Part shown: piece after piece, positions 13,786 through 26,059 of the stretch
How the letters are laid out: each line of letters begins with the position of its first letter
How positions within the stretch are numbered: position 1 is the stretch's first letter
Assembly: GCF_004010195.1 (NCBI RefSeq)
Contig: NC_057734.1
Span: 44,167,606 to 44,231,605, forward strand
Reading direction: 5' to 3'
DNA: 64,000 bases
DNA from: Chiloscyllium plagiosum
Lineage: Eukaryota
The notes under the pieces: model-generated
Seen by the model: only the letters and a program-made list of their open reading frames with translations
Databases searched by the model: none
Told to the model about the DNA's origin: nothing
Program-made: the position numbers and the translations under genes

Positions 13786-14773
13786 GGTATTTTTTTTTGA
13801 GGACGTAACTCTGAAGATGGACGAGGGAGATCCAGTAGATGTAGAGTACCTGGATTTTCAGAAAGCTTTTGATAAAGTCCCAAATAGGAGGTTAGTGAGC
13901 AAAATTAGGGCGCATGGTATTGGGGGAAAAGTACTAACTTGGACTGAAAGTTGGTTGGCTGATAGGAAACAAAGAGTAGTGATAAATGGCTCCATTTTGG
14001 AATGGCAGGCAGTGACCAGTGAGGTACTGAAGGGATCACTGCTGTGACTGCAGCTTTATACAATATATGTTAATGATATAGAAGATGGTATTAGTAATAA
14101 CATTAGCAAATTTGCTGATGATACTAAGCTGGCTGGCAGGGTGAAATGTGAAGAGGATGTTAGGAAATTACAGGGTGACATGGACAGATTAGGTGAGTGG
14201 TCAGATGCATGGCAAATGCAGTTTAATGTGGATAAATGTATGGCTATCCACTTTGGTGGCAAGAACAGGAAGGCANNNNNNNNNNNNNNNNNNNNNNNNN
14301 NNNNNNNNNNNNNNNNNNNNNNNNNNNNNNNNNNNNNNNNNNNNNNNNNNNNNNNNNNNNNNNNNNNNNNNNNNNNTAGGTTCACGAGGTCACTTCCTGG
14401 AATGGCGGGATTACCTTACACTGAAAGACTGAAGCGACTGGGCTTGTATTCCCTTGAGTTTAGAAGACTGAGAGGGGATCTGATTGAGACATATAAGATT
14501 ATTAAAGGATTGGACACTCTGGAGGCAGGAAACATGTTTCCGCTGATGGGTGAGTGCCGGACCAGAGGACACAGCTTAAATATACGGGGTAGACCATTTA
14601 GGACAGAGATGAGGAGAAACTTCTTCACCCAGAGAGTGGTGGCTGTGTGGAATGCTCTGCCCCAGAGGGCAGTGGAGGCCAAGTCTCTGGATTCATTTAA
14701 GAAAGAGTTGGATAGAGCTCTCAAGGATAGTGGAATCAAGGATTATGGAGACAAGGCAGGAACAGGATACTGA
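13786..14773 (+). mobile_element. CR1 LINE RT/C-terminal fragment inside the J-C intron of cluster A (contains a 100-N gap)
   Basis: YLDFQKAFDKVP, KFADDTKL and RRLRGDLIETYKI motifs. Absent at the paralogous site near 54025. Confidence 0.9.
14276..14375. other. Assembly gap (100 N)
   Basis: Run of N. Confidence 0.99.
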
Positions 14774-15559
14774 AATTTCAGCTACAGATCGACTTTTCCT
14801 TCTGTAATATCAGTGGCTCTTAAGATCAGTTCATCACAGTTTTAACCTGAGCGACAGCATGGGGCTATGGTGACAGATCCAAATGTAGTTTAGGATTACC
14901 TCATCATTTGCTGGTGGTAAATGATAGATCACCTCCGTCTCCCACACACACACTGTACATCTCATTCAGTACAAGCAATGTATTTGGTTCGTAAGAGTGC
15001 AGGTCAACCCATGATCACTGAATGTGTAGAAGGAGCAGTGATGGAAAGAGGGCAAATTCTCAGAACATTGCTCAGCATTGAGTCCCCCACTTTGACGCCG
15101 CTATGAGCGTCCTCCTTGATTGTGTGACAGGCTGGAGCTACCAAAGGGAACCAGGTAGACAGAGAATGCATTCAACATCGAGTTACTTCTATATAGTGTG
15201 TCAGTTAGTTCAGTTGCCTGGATGGCTGTTAAGCGGGGGTTCAATTTTTGGACCAGTTGAGGTTACCATGAAATGTCCAGCTTTTCAACCTCTCCCTCAC
15301 CTGATGCCTCTCAGGTTAAACCAGCTCCACTTCTCTCTCTCTCTCGCTAATGTGTGAACCGTCCTCTGGGAACATTATTCTTTTCACATCGCATTATAAT
15401 TTTAATTTTAAAAAAAAGATCCTATAGTTTGTTTGTTGTAACAGCGGGCAAATCAGATTCAGTCTCAGGACCAATTTTATAGGAAATTGACAAAACAAAC
15501 ATTGCGTTTACATGCCGAATAGCAATTTGATTTAGAGGCGTATAGAATAAGTCACTTAC

Positions 15560-15904
15560 TCAGAATATTCAGCTTGGTTCCGCTCCTGAAGTACCCGATG
15601 TAGCTTTCGTCATATGAGTAACAGTAATAATCGCCAGCGTCCTCCGGCTGCACGTTAGTGATGGTCAAATATCCCACGTTGGTTGATTCTTCTTCCAGGC
15701 CGATAAATCTCTCCGAGAAACCCTCACCTCTGTCATCGGTCCCATACAGGATAAATCTTGGGGCTCTGTCCCGTTTCTGGTGGTACCAAGAAATATAGCT
15801 TTCTGAAAGGTCGATTCCGTGGACTGTACAGGTCAGGCGAATAGTTTCTCCAGGTGTTGTGGACTCGAAAGCTGGTTGGACCAAGCGGACCTCCGCGCTC
15901 GTGT
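15560..15904 (-). pseudogene. IGLV: IgL cluster A germline-joined VJ exon (open frame, J motif FRSG)
   Basis: 345-nt exon with intact splice sites and ~25 differences from cluster B. CDR3 is YSYDESYIGY. Conserved FGXG is changed to FRSG. Confidence 0.92.
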
Positions 15905-16069
15905 CTGTAAAACAGATAAACTATTTCATGATTAAAATCCACCGGTAAAACGAAAACCGTTCGACAACGTAACATTCAGATCATATCAGATTCTGGATTA
16001 GGCCTAGGCTTTATTTTAAAGAAAAATTCCTAACGCTAAAGAAATTACAAGTATTTCGATGACACTTAC

Positions 16070-16110
16070 AAGTCAGACCAATTGTGAGCAAAAGCAGACG
16101 TGACGGTGCT
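16070..16110 (-). pseudogene. IGL: IgL cluster A leader exon with start codon deleted
   Basis: Retains ..LLLLTIGLT T|GTAAGT, but alignment to cluster B shows a ~17-nt deletion removing AATGGCCGTTACTCTTG, which includes the ATG. Confidence 0.85.
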
Positions 16111-16154
16111 GTTGAAGTATGAATATCCAACGTTTCGGATCAGTGAATGTAAAC

Positions 16155-16238
16155 TTTTATATCAAAGGCTGGAACAACTTAAATATCACCGTCTTATTAA
16201 ATATGCAAATATATTGTCGTCCCGAAAGCGTCGATTGG
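16155..16238 (-). promoter_or_regulatory. IgL cluster A promoter: TATA box, perfect octamer, CCAAT box
   Basis: TATAAAA 16155-16161, ATTTGCAT 16203-16210 (light-chain orientation), CCAAT 16234-16238. Confidence 0.82.
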
Positions 16239-19200
16239 CCATCCGAGCAGTTTCCAGGTTCTTGTAGCCAATTGTATCAGTCACAATGATTCCAAACAGC
16301 AAAGTCACACGATAGAATTCAGCTTGTCCACTCTCCCTCCTCCTCACTGAGACGTTCCTCTTTATATTATCTCTGTGACTTTAACAAAAATCCAAAGGCT
16401 AAAATATTTCCAAGCTAATATTTTGTAAAACCTAAAATTTGATCATATTTTATATTTTAAATCCCTTATAATTCGCATTTGCAGTCGCGTAATGTATTTA
16501 ACAATTTTGTCATTAAAGCATTGAAATTGATTCCTAATTCAAAAATGAATGAATATATCAACGTTAGTACTGTTTACTTTGCACTTAAAATATGTAGTGG
16601 GCAATTTTTAATCGTGTGGGAAGTGCAAAGTACTGCAAATGTAATTTACTGGTAAATTTATAAAATTCTAATCTTACTTTTCTTAAAATAATTAGTGCAT
16701 AATGGCGGATGAATTGAATTCACTCATCTGAAATATCCAAGATTTAAAACATTTAATTTGTTAACTCTCTCTATTTTTGCCCTTGCTGTCACATTGCTGC
16801 AATGCTCCTTTAATTCACAAATTTCCAGCAAAAAATTAATTGTAAAATTTCTGGGCTTTCAGGCATCGATATTGGTACAAAGGGTAACTCTTTCACGAAT
16901 TGACCTCTCTTATATGTGTCAAAGGGTAACATTCACGAGTTATTGCTAAACAACACAGATATTTCGCCAAAGGAATGAAAGGGTATAGGTTTGATGCTGC
17001 CTGTAGGGCGCCATCGCGGAAATAGGGCCACAACAAATCCCGTTTATGACGAATTTCCAAACGTTGTAAATCGAATAGTAACAAAAGATCGGTCTTTTGA
17101 ACTGAACAAATTGTTGTTCGAGTGATTCTGTGCGTAACGTCTTTAAGTCGTAGTTCTCGGAGCTTCAGAATTGTGTGCATTTACGTTAGCATTGAATAAA
17201 GTTGGCTATTTGGAATTTAAAGCGGGTAAGAGAAATATTATTGTAAATCGTCGAGATTTGTGAGGGGTTCATATTTTGCTTGCAGTCCTCTGACTTAGAT
17301 GCTGTCTTTGTCACCATTTTTAGAACGGGAAATCCCCGGACAGAAGCTGTTCAGAGATAAGCAATTCAGTCAGCCTTTGGTAAAGCACAAAATAAGCAAA
17401 TGTCAACGATATATTTAGTGTTTCTATGTGTATACGCTGTTACACTGAAGTCGGATATTCTGCAAGTATAATACACGATAACCTACTTATCTAACAGTAT
17501 CTTCTTGCAACTTTTATCGTGCAATAAATGACCTTCAGTCGTGAGATTTTTGTGTCATTTATTGTTGAAGTCAAAATTGCCCTCCTTTACATGTGTTTCA
17601 ATATAGTGTAATGAGCTACAAAATAACGGGCTACATTTCAGTGGGATGTATCACTGCTTTGTTGATGTGTTTAGAACCTTTGCTGCATTGTTTGACTGGA
17701 CAGAACTGATCAGACAAATGAACCGCCCAGATAAAAGCAAATAATCTCCCCACATTTCCACGCAGTTTGTATTAGAAGGAGGTCTGATCGAGGGCAAATA
17801 ATTTTCGTGTTGGATGTGGCTCTACACACCGGGGTTAAACACTGTAACAAAAGCAAAGTATTGGAGATTCGAAATATGCTGGAGAAACTGAGCAGCTCTG
17901 GCGGCATCTATTGAGGAAACAACCGCTAACGCTGTCTCTTATTCAAAAGATTATATTTCTGAGTTCTGAAGAATCCAATTGGATTGGAAACATTATCCTT
18001 GTTTTTATGCATGGTGCTCCCTGAACTGCGGAGCTTCTCCAGCATTTTCTGTTCTTCTTTCTGCCAGAGGAGCTGTTTACAATGCAGACACTTCAACATC
18101 GCACACGAACAACTGGCTAATTCTCAATTTCAGCAGCACTTCGCATTCAGCAACACTGCTTTAACAATATGACAAAATGCGGTAGTTATAGCATATACTC
18201 TCGACCCTTAAGATTCTGACGGGTTGTTTTTCTTTAGTGGACTATTATTTCAGAATACTGAAGTTACTATATGGATGTGTCTTCCGCTCTATCTCCCTTC
18301 ACTGCTTCATTTTACAAGGTGTGAGTCTCAATCTGCCTGAATGCAGCAATTATATTACCTTGATGCTTCTTTACTAGTTTGTCTTGTTTGGATTTGTAGG
18401 GCTGAACGGTTGAAAAGGGACTCTTGGAGAACTGCTTATTCATTGCCAAAGAAATCCAAATCGGAACGCCAATTGTCAATGTCAAATCCAGGAACAGAGG
18501 CGCCTCTGGACAAACTCCTTCAGCAAATGCGCTCTTGGTCTTCCCCTCTCTAAGGCGAACAAACCCGGTTTCTCAAATTTATCCAGGAATTGAAGTTTCT
18601 AATCACTAGGCCAATGCTCAAAACTCTTTTCTGAATGAGGTTGAGTGGGTCCACAACCACCCGGCAATTTGCGGCTCAGAACTGAACACGATACGGCAGC
18701 TGAGGCCAGACAACGCTTTATGAAGTTACACCATAAACTTTTTAGTTTTATACTTTGAGACTCTTTATAGAGCCCAGGATCTGTGTCAGTTCTAACTGCT
18801 TTCTCAGTCGGCCCTACGACTTTCAATGATTTGTGCACCTCTGCTCCAGGGCCCCTAATGCTATAGAAATATATTTTACAGCCTTTTCATTATTTTCCTG
18901 CTTCACTTTTCTATGAAAATCTTCATCGCTCCACAAATGCTGCCAGACTTTCTGAGTTTTTTCAGCATTTTTTGTTTCGACCGACAGCATTAGTCTGAAC
19001 CTCTGAATTATTCAGCAAGTCATGTTACCATTAGTCCCTGTCTCCACTAAACAAAAATCAATAAGTAGTCATTATCGTAATCACTATACTAATTCCTATT
19101 TTTTTTCTGGACACGCATATTTACATTTTCATTCATTTTCTCATTATCTCTCCTTTCACAACTTACACCTGTCTTCGATTTTCTGCAAAGGTATGTAAGC

Positions 19201-21988
19201 AGTTTCAATATTTTCTACGTCTGCTCACTCCTCCAAGTTAACTATGATCAGTTTCTCTTCGAACTCCATTTTCATGTTGCTGTTTCAAAGATTTCCTCCA
19301 TAAAGTTTCATGGTTTTCCCACCAAGATCAGTAAAGCCGAAGCAGGCCAAATAACCAATCACGTTAATTCTTATTTAAAAAGTAACCGGCCCACTACCAA
19401 GCCTCCAACTGAGTTTTCATTAATTCCAGAGGTGCGACCTTCATTAGGTAAAGGTTTGTTTCTGGTTCTTTTCCTGGACAACGTATATCCTTCCATTTCC
19501 CTTTGATTTATAATTATAGTTTCACTAAAGTCGACTGTGTTTTATTTCTTCGTGTTAGTTCCTTGTATAAATGTAATTACTGCCAATTACTGGAAATTGA
19601 CTTATTTGTTGAAGTTTTCTATCGTGCATACATCAGGACAACTTTAAAGAATACCAGTTTATGGGAAGACCAGTATTTATAATGTATAAGAGGGGCGTAC
19701 TGATTGACGGGCATGTGGAATCTGATCAGGAGAGAAGCTGCCAGAGGCAATGCACCAGATCATGGTGACTGGTAGTTAACTGCCAGAGCATTTTGTAATG
19801 TAATACCAAGTAGGTTGACTTTACTTGATTAAGACATCACCCTGAGAAATGAACAAGTGAATCACTGTCACCTATTCTGTTCAGCTGAAAAAGGAGCAAT
19901 GCAGGTAAATGTTCTCTTTGCTGGCAAGCAACAGGGCGTCCTGTATTAAAATATGTAGCCTCTGGTACACGTAAGTGCCCCATATTTTGAGCTCAATCTA
20001 TAATCCAAAATTGGTCGCTCTGCAATTCTTGACAAGCTTGGGAATATCTAGTAAATGTTGTCCAGTTGCACGATTAAATCCAATGTTAGATTGTGTGATG
20101 TAGGATATGCAGGAATGGATTGATTGTGCATAATCAGTACCTTACATGCTGCAAACAGCCAAAAGGATCCATTGTTTCACATCACCCACCATTTGTTGGG
20201 ATGCATGGGCAATATATCTGATATCTGGTAAAAAATTTCTACAAAGTTTGTTTTTCTAGAAGTACACACGTTCTGTGTTACTACATGATTTAGAATTTTG
20301 TTTTTATTTTAGTAGCAAAGGGAATGAGGTTTCGAATGTCGGTTTAGGGGCAGTTTACTTTTCAGAAAGAAAAGGGGGATTTAATCTTTTTTGCACTTTA
20401 CACTGAGTTTCCTTCACTAGGTAGTTGATTTATAGATTCTTAAGGGGGTTGACAGGGTGAATGTTGAAAGGATATTTCCTCACTTACGACAACTTTGAAA
20501 TGGAGATATTGTTTCAAAAGAAAGAGATGTTAATTTAGGTCAGATTACAAGAGGAATTTCATTCCTCAGAGGGCTGAAAGTCTTTGGAACTTGTTGCTAC
20601 AGAGAACTGGGGGTGCAGAGTCCTTATGGATGTATAACGCTGAGATAGATAAATCCTTGATCAATAGGGGAATCAAGTGTAATGGAGAAAACGAGGAAAG
20701 CGCATGTGAGAAAGTTTGGATTAGCCGTAATCCCATTGAATGGTGGAGCAGAGTCAAGAGACAGAACGGCCTACACCTATTTCTGTTTCTTCTGGACTCA
20801 TCCTCTTTTTGAACAGTTTCAATTGTTTCATCTGTCAATATTCCAGAATTACTTTCTTGTTGTGATTCAACTGACTTTAAATGATTCCAGAATTATCATC
20901 ACTGTGTCTTACTCTCATTTCGGCATATTGAGCACCTTTATTTTTTTCAGAAAAAAATTGCCTTGGCTTCAATCCTGGATTTCCCACATATCATTTTCAG
21001 TCTGCATCCTCATTTCTTATTCACCTTTTAACTAAAGGCATTTTTTGTTTTTGCCTTTATGTAAAAGTTGACAGCACTACTGTCTCTTTGCTGGAACATT
21101 TGCTGAACTGGTCCCACGATAATTTCCTCCACATACATGATATCTCTTTTTAATCCAATATTAATTCAATTTTCACCATGAGGTGCAACGATCTCTCCTT
21201 CAAATATGATACCACGAAACAATCCATACTCCATTAACTATCTGTGCAAATAAATTCACACTAACTCCTGACTTTTTTATTTCCTTCCTGACAAGTTTAA
21301 ATGGAAATCTCTTGTCGCTGATATCTGAATAAGAAAAATGCTGTTTCTCAATTTATAATGTCAAAATATAACTCAAACTTTTGTAAAGCTCTTTGTTGCT
21401 TTGGTGATGACGCTCCAAATCTCCACTCCATTAACAATGAACTGACTTCAAAGAAAAAAGTAAACGATATTTTCAGATGATATCTATCGATTTCTATCAT
21501 TAGAAATAGAACCAGAAGTAGGGCGTTCCATCCCTTGAGCCTGCTTTGCCATTCAGAAGGGTCATAGCTGATTTGACATTCAGCACATCCACTTCCCTGC
21601 ATTCTCCCAGAACTTGTGATTCCCCTGCTCATCGACAATCTATCTATCTCAACCTTATATATAAAGACTCCCCCGCTTCCCACCCCTCCCCAAACAGGTC
21701 GCTGTAGCCAGCAGTTCCAAAGACTCACAACACTCATGTCATCTTAAAATGTCTCCCCTTTATTCTAAGATTATGTCCTTTGCTCCTACACTGTCCCATA
21801 ACGGGAAAGCATCTACTCAGCATTTACCCCATCAAGGCGCTTAAGAATCCACCCAGAGAGTTGCTCATAAGACAATTCCCCCATACTGGGAATCTTCCTA
21901 GTCAGTTAAACAGAAATTAATGGAGAAACTCAGCATCTGTGGGGGAGAAAATAGAGTTATCGTTTTGGATCCAGTGACATTTCTTTGT

Positions 21989-22294
21989 TGCTGTGGTTCT
22001 GTTCGCCAAGCTGGAAGTTTTTGTTGCAAACGTTTCGTCCCCTGGCTAGGCGACATCATCAGTGCTTGGGAGCCTCCTGCGAAGCGCTTCTTTGATGTTT
22101 CCTCCGGTGTTTATAGTTTATATGACCACTATAAACACCGGAGGAAACATCAAAGAAGCGCTTCGCAGGAGGCTCCCAAGCACTGATGATGTCGCCTAGC
22201 CAGGGGACGAAACGTTTGCAACAAAAACTTCGAGCTCGGCGAACAGAACCACAGCAACGAGCACCCGAGCTACAAATCTTCGCACAAACTTTGA
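21989..22294. mobile_element. Palindromic Penelope-derived element with hammerhead motifs on both strands
   Basis: 131-bp inverted arms (21987-22117 / 22128-22258) with 2 mismatches. 12-bp TSD ACATTTCTTTGT. Contains CTGATGA..GAAACGT. Confidence 0.75.
22180..22219 (+). ncRNA. Minimal type I hammerhead ribozyme motif
   Basis: GCA-CTGATGA-T-GTCGCCT(AGCC)AGGGGAC-GAA-ACGT-T-TGC: stem I GCA/TGC, stem II, palindromic ACGT stem III. Confidence 0.6.
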
Positions 22295-24494
22295 ACATTT
22301 CTTTGTCCCAATGAACCTTACCTGAATTGACATCCTTCCTGAAATAACGGATACAAAGCTGCTCATTGTACTCCAACTGTGGTTTCACTATCATCTCGTA
22401 AAGCCGCAGTAAGATTTCCTGACACTTTTATTCCAAACTCTTTGAAATAAGGGCCAGTAATCCATTAGCTTTCCTGATTACCTGATGTACCTGTGTATAC
22501 GTCTTCTGTGATATGTGTATAACTACGTCCAAGTTCCTTGTGTTGCAGCTTTCTGCAGTTCTCCATTTAAGTAATGCTATGTTCTTTGGCTTTCCCTTCA
22601 AAATGAACAATTTTACATTTTTCCACATTATACTTCATTTGCCAAGCTTTTGCCCAATGACTTAACCTCTCAAAATTTCCCACTGAACTGTTTGTGTCCT
22701 TTTAGCAACTTGCTTTTCCATCTATTTTTGTGTTGTCTGCAGATATAGCGACAGTGCATTTGCTTCCTTCCTCCAAGTCATTGATATGAATTGTAACAGA
22801 TGTAATCTTATCACTGAGCACTGTGGAAATCCACTAGTTGCATGTTGTCAACCTGAAAAACAGCCATTTATCTCACTTGGTTTCCGACATTTATGGACAG
22901 AATAAATCCCCTCAAAATGTATGAAGAAGATATTCAAGATCCTACCTTTTTCTTACCTTAAAGGCAAGTGCCAGAACTTGGGATTGGATGCAATTTGGTT
23001 GGTCAAACTACCAGTATTCACGCAAAACACACTTTAGTCATACATAATAATCAAAACATTGACAAAATAAAAATAATAGAGAACAACTGGCTTAACTATC
23101 GAAATGCATAACAAAGTGATATATATATATATAAACTACTGCTACTTAACTGTTCCATTATAGTAACGTCCCATAAACACATCCTTGGCAAAGGCAAGTT
23201 CTGTCAAGTAGGCTGTCTCCAGTAGGAGGACAAACATTCAGAGAAAACTCTGAGAGAGGGACATAGCAACACGGATAGATGTACTGCAGCTTCCAAACCC
23301 GGCTTCAAGACCCCAACAAATGTTACTGAAGGTTAAAGCTGAAATCACAACCCTGGTTCTTTGGAAGCTGGACCCCATCATTTCAGACTGCTTTTGATGT
23401 TACAAAGGCATCACAAAGTACAGTAAAAGGAGGTTTGGGGTACATGAAGACCAAATAACAAGATTTTCATATGGAGGCATGGGGCACAGCTGAGACATTC
23501 ACATTTGTTTACAAAGGAAGAAGGTAATTAGATTAGATTAGATTAGACTAGATTCCCTACAGTATGGGAAACAGGTCCACTTCAACCGTCCAAACAGTAA
23601 CCCACCCAGACTCATTACCGTACCCTATATTTACCCCTGACTAATGCATCTAACACGATGGGCAATTTAGCACTGCCAATTCACCTGACCTGCACATCTT
23701 TGAAAGAGAAGATAATTCATACCCTTAAAGGGTTCAGAATCAATAAGAACGAGAGATTGTAGAGGTAGACTGCCACAAAGTGTGATATGGTACTGGACCT
23801 GTAATGATACATCCAAGAATACTGAGGGAAGTAAGGATGGAAATTGCTGAAGCGCTGGTCATTTTCAGTCTCTCTTCGTGTCTAACGGCTGAAGAATTGG
23901 AAATGTTCAAAAAATTTCAAAACATATGCCTGACACAGGCCATTCATTATTCACCTCTAGATTCTACGTTGCATGGCTTTCTTCCTGTATAATAAACCCA
24001 TTTTGAACTATTCATATTTCTTGTCATACCATACCCAGCATTTAGCACTCTCTTGGCTCGTCCTTGGCTAACTCTTTTTATGACTGTACCCCTTTCTTTC
24101 TCTCTCTCCCCCCCCCCCTGTGCCCCCCCCTCCCCTCTCTGTGTATGTGTGTGCCCTATTCCCATGCACTCAAATTCCATCTTCCTCCCCATCCCATCAT
24201 TAACATAAATATCACCCTTTTCCCCGTTCTCACGCATGAGCAACAAAAGATTAGAGTGCGTGGACAGATCATAATCGAGAAAGCTGATCAGAGGCTATCC
24301 TTTTTTATGTGTCGATCTGAATATACAGTTGAGGGTAGATGATGCTGGAGGACTTCAGAATGTCTGGCAGCATGTATGGCGAGAAAACAGAGTTAGCATT
24401 TCAGGCCAGAAGAACCCTTCTGGAGTGAGTTACTCTTAGCCTCTTATCTGCTCTTGCTGCCATTGTAATTATGTAGTCTGTTTTTGGTCAATTT

Positions 24495-25665
24495 TCTTTT
24501 TATTTCAAAAATATTCCTGATTCATAATACAATCTTTATATGTTCACATACTCACTAATATAACATTGTATATTATTTACATATGGAGAACAGATAAATG
24601 TTGGAGTGTGACTTTCTTGGCAGTTCCAACAAACTAGCCCAAGGGGTTTCTTACATATGAGAGATGCTATTTGCATATATTAGAGGCAGCGGCAGGAGAC
24701 GGTTGGGGTGGTGGTGGTGGTGGTGGTGGGGATGGGGGTGGGGGGTGGGTTGGCGGAACGTCCAGTAACTAAATGCACCCCTCCTAATTGTACGTCGGCC
24801 GATAAACCTCAGTTGTTCCTCACTAGGCCTCAGCTGCCCCAAGCTTTAGTGCATCCCACAGCACATGCTGGACCTTCGAATGTGCCATTCTGCATCACTC
24901 AGTTAAGGTCTCCGCGTTGGAAGACCAACAACTTTCAGGCGTAGGAAAGAGTGTCTTTCACCAAGTTTATGGTTCTCCAGGTGCAGTTGATGTTTGTACT
25001 GGTGTATGTCCTGGGGAACAGATGGCAGCAGCTTGGGAGGTACCTCGATAAAAATCAATGCATCTCTTTCCAGATCTTCTTTGACAATCATTTTCCAATA
25101 GGAGAGGTGTGACAGTCTCAGCATCCACTCCCCCACCCCCTGCCCTTTCAGCTTGCAGTGACACACAGAATGCAGGCTCACATGAAAGGTCTAACAGATA
25201 GTGCTCTTCTCACCACCAGCCAATCGATGTCTTCCTGCTGATTGGAAAGTTTTGGCGGTAAGACTTTCTGCCAAACAACTTTGACAGTCTGCTCAGGGAA
25301 TCAGCCAACAGGATGCATCTCTCATTTTCCCAGAGATTCTCCAGGATGCTACCTGCTAACAATTTTCTGATGGATTTGTGGTCTGGGGTATTTTTCTTTG
25401 TGAATTTCGCCAGGAAGAACAGGTGCCACATAACGGTCCAACTACTTGAAGTTTTCCGCTGTTCAGATGCCAGATCCATCTTTCATAATACCAGGGACAG
25501 GGAGAACTGAAGTATATAGTGCAATCTGGTGTTTGCATATGGAGGATTTATGCACTGCTTGATGCAGCCACACACAAAGATGGCCATTTGAATGAGGGGG
25601 GATGCTGGCTACATTCTTATCCCCCTTTTCCAGAGTTTTGTACATGGAAACCTTGAACGCGCACA
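24495..25665 (-). mobile_element. Tx1-type (L1 superfamily) LINE 3' fragment
   Basis: Frameshifted ORF2 C-terminus (MYKTLEKGDKNV.., KFTKKNTPDHKSIR.., ETVTPLLLE zinc-knuckle region) followed by an A-rich 3' end. Confidence 0.7.
24706..24729 (+). repeat. (GGT)n microsatellite
   Basis: ggtggtggtggtggtggtggtggg. Confidence 0.85.
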
Positions 25666-26059
25666 TTTTTTTCTAAAATTCTGTTCCGTAAATATCTGAT
25701 GGACAGTTTCAAAGCAACACTAGGTGATTGAATTCGAATAGGTTTCTTCTAAGGCAACCATCGGGTTCTTGTGGAAGAGTGGTACTGTCATGTGCCACCA
25801 GGTCCAGAGGTGCATAATATACACGCATGAATGCGCTGAAGAGAGGGCAATGTTGCACTACATACACTTGTTCACAGCAAACCAAACGCCCTCTCCCAAC
25901 AGAATGTTTTAATCGAAACATTCGAAGGTTGTGTAAAGCACATTTCAATCGAAATATTAACAACTAAATATATTTGTATTCAAATTAACAGTCATTAGTT
26001 ACATCAGACCTTAGATGCTTCAGTTTTTAAAATGTATGCTTCTTTTGCACTCATGGAAG

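Larger units (their letters stand above)
21500..22860 (-). mobile_element. Old CR1/L2-type LINE 3' fragment (hosting nested insertions)
   Basis: QVHQVIRKANGLLALISKSLE-like translation. Paralogous to 59090-60420. Confidence 0.7.
171..23925. repeat. Segmental duplication copy A (L1 composite + CR1 + IgL cluster + upstream region)
   Basis: Collinear similarity to 38507-61595 in unique and repeat sequence, including shared repeat-repeat junctions, interrupted by copy-specific indels. Confidence 0.88.

Noticed and set aside
21987-22258. Mirror-image ORFs 21920-22186 and 22059-22394; DNA-transposon MITE interpretation
   Set aside because: The ORFs are artefacts of the palindrome. The asymmetric tail, long TSD and hammerhead core fit a Penelope origin better than TIR transposition.
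24651-24944. Poly-His / poly-Val ORFs
   Set aside because: They are translations of a (GGT)n microsatellite in a LINE 3' region.
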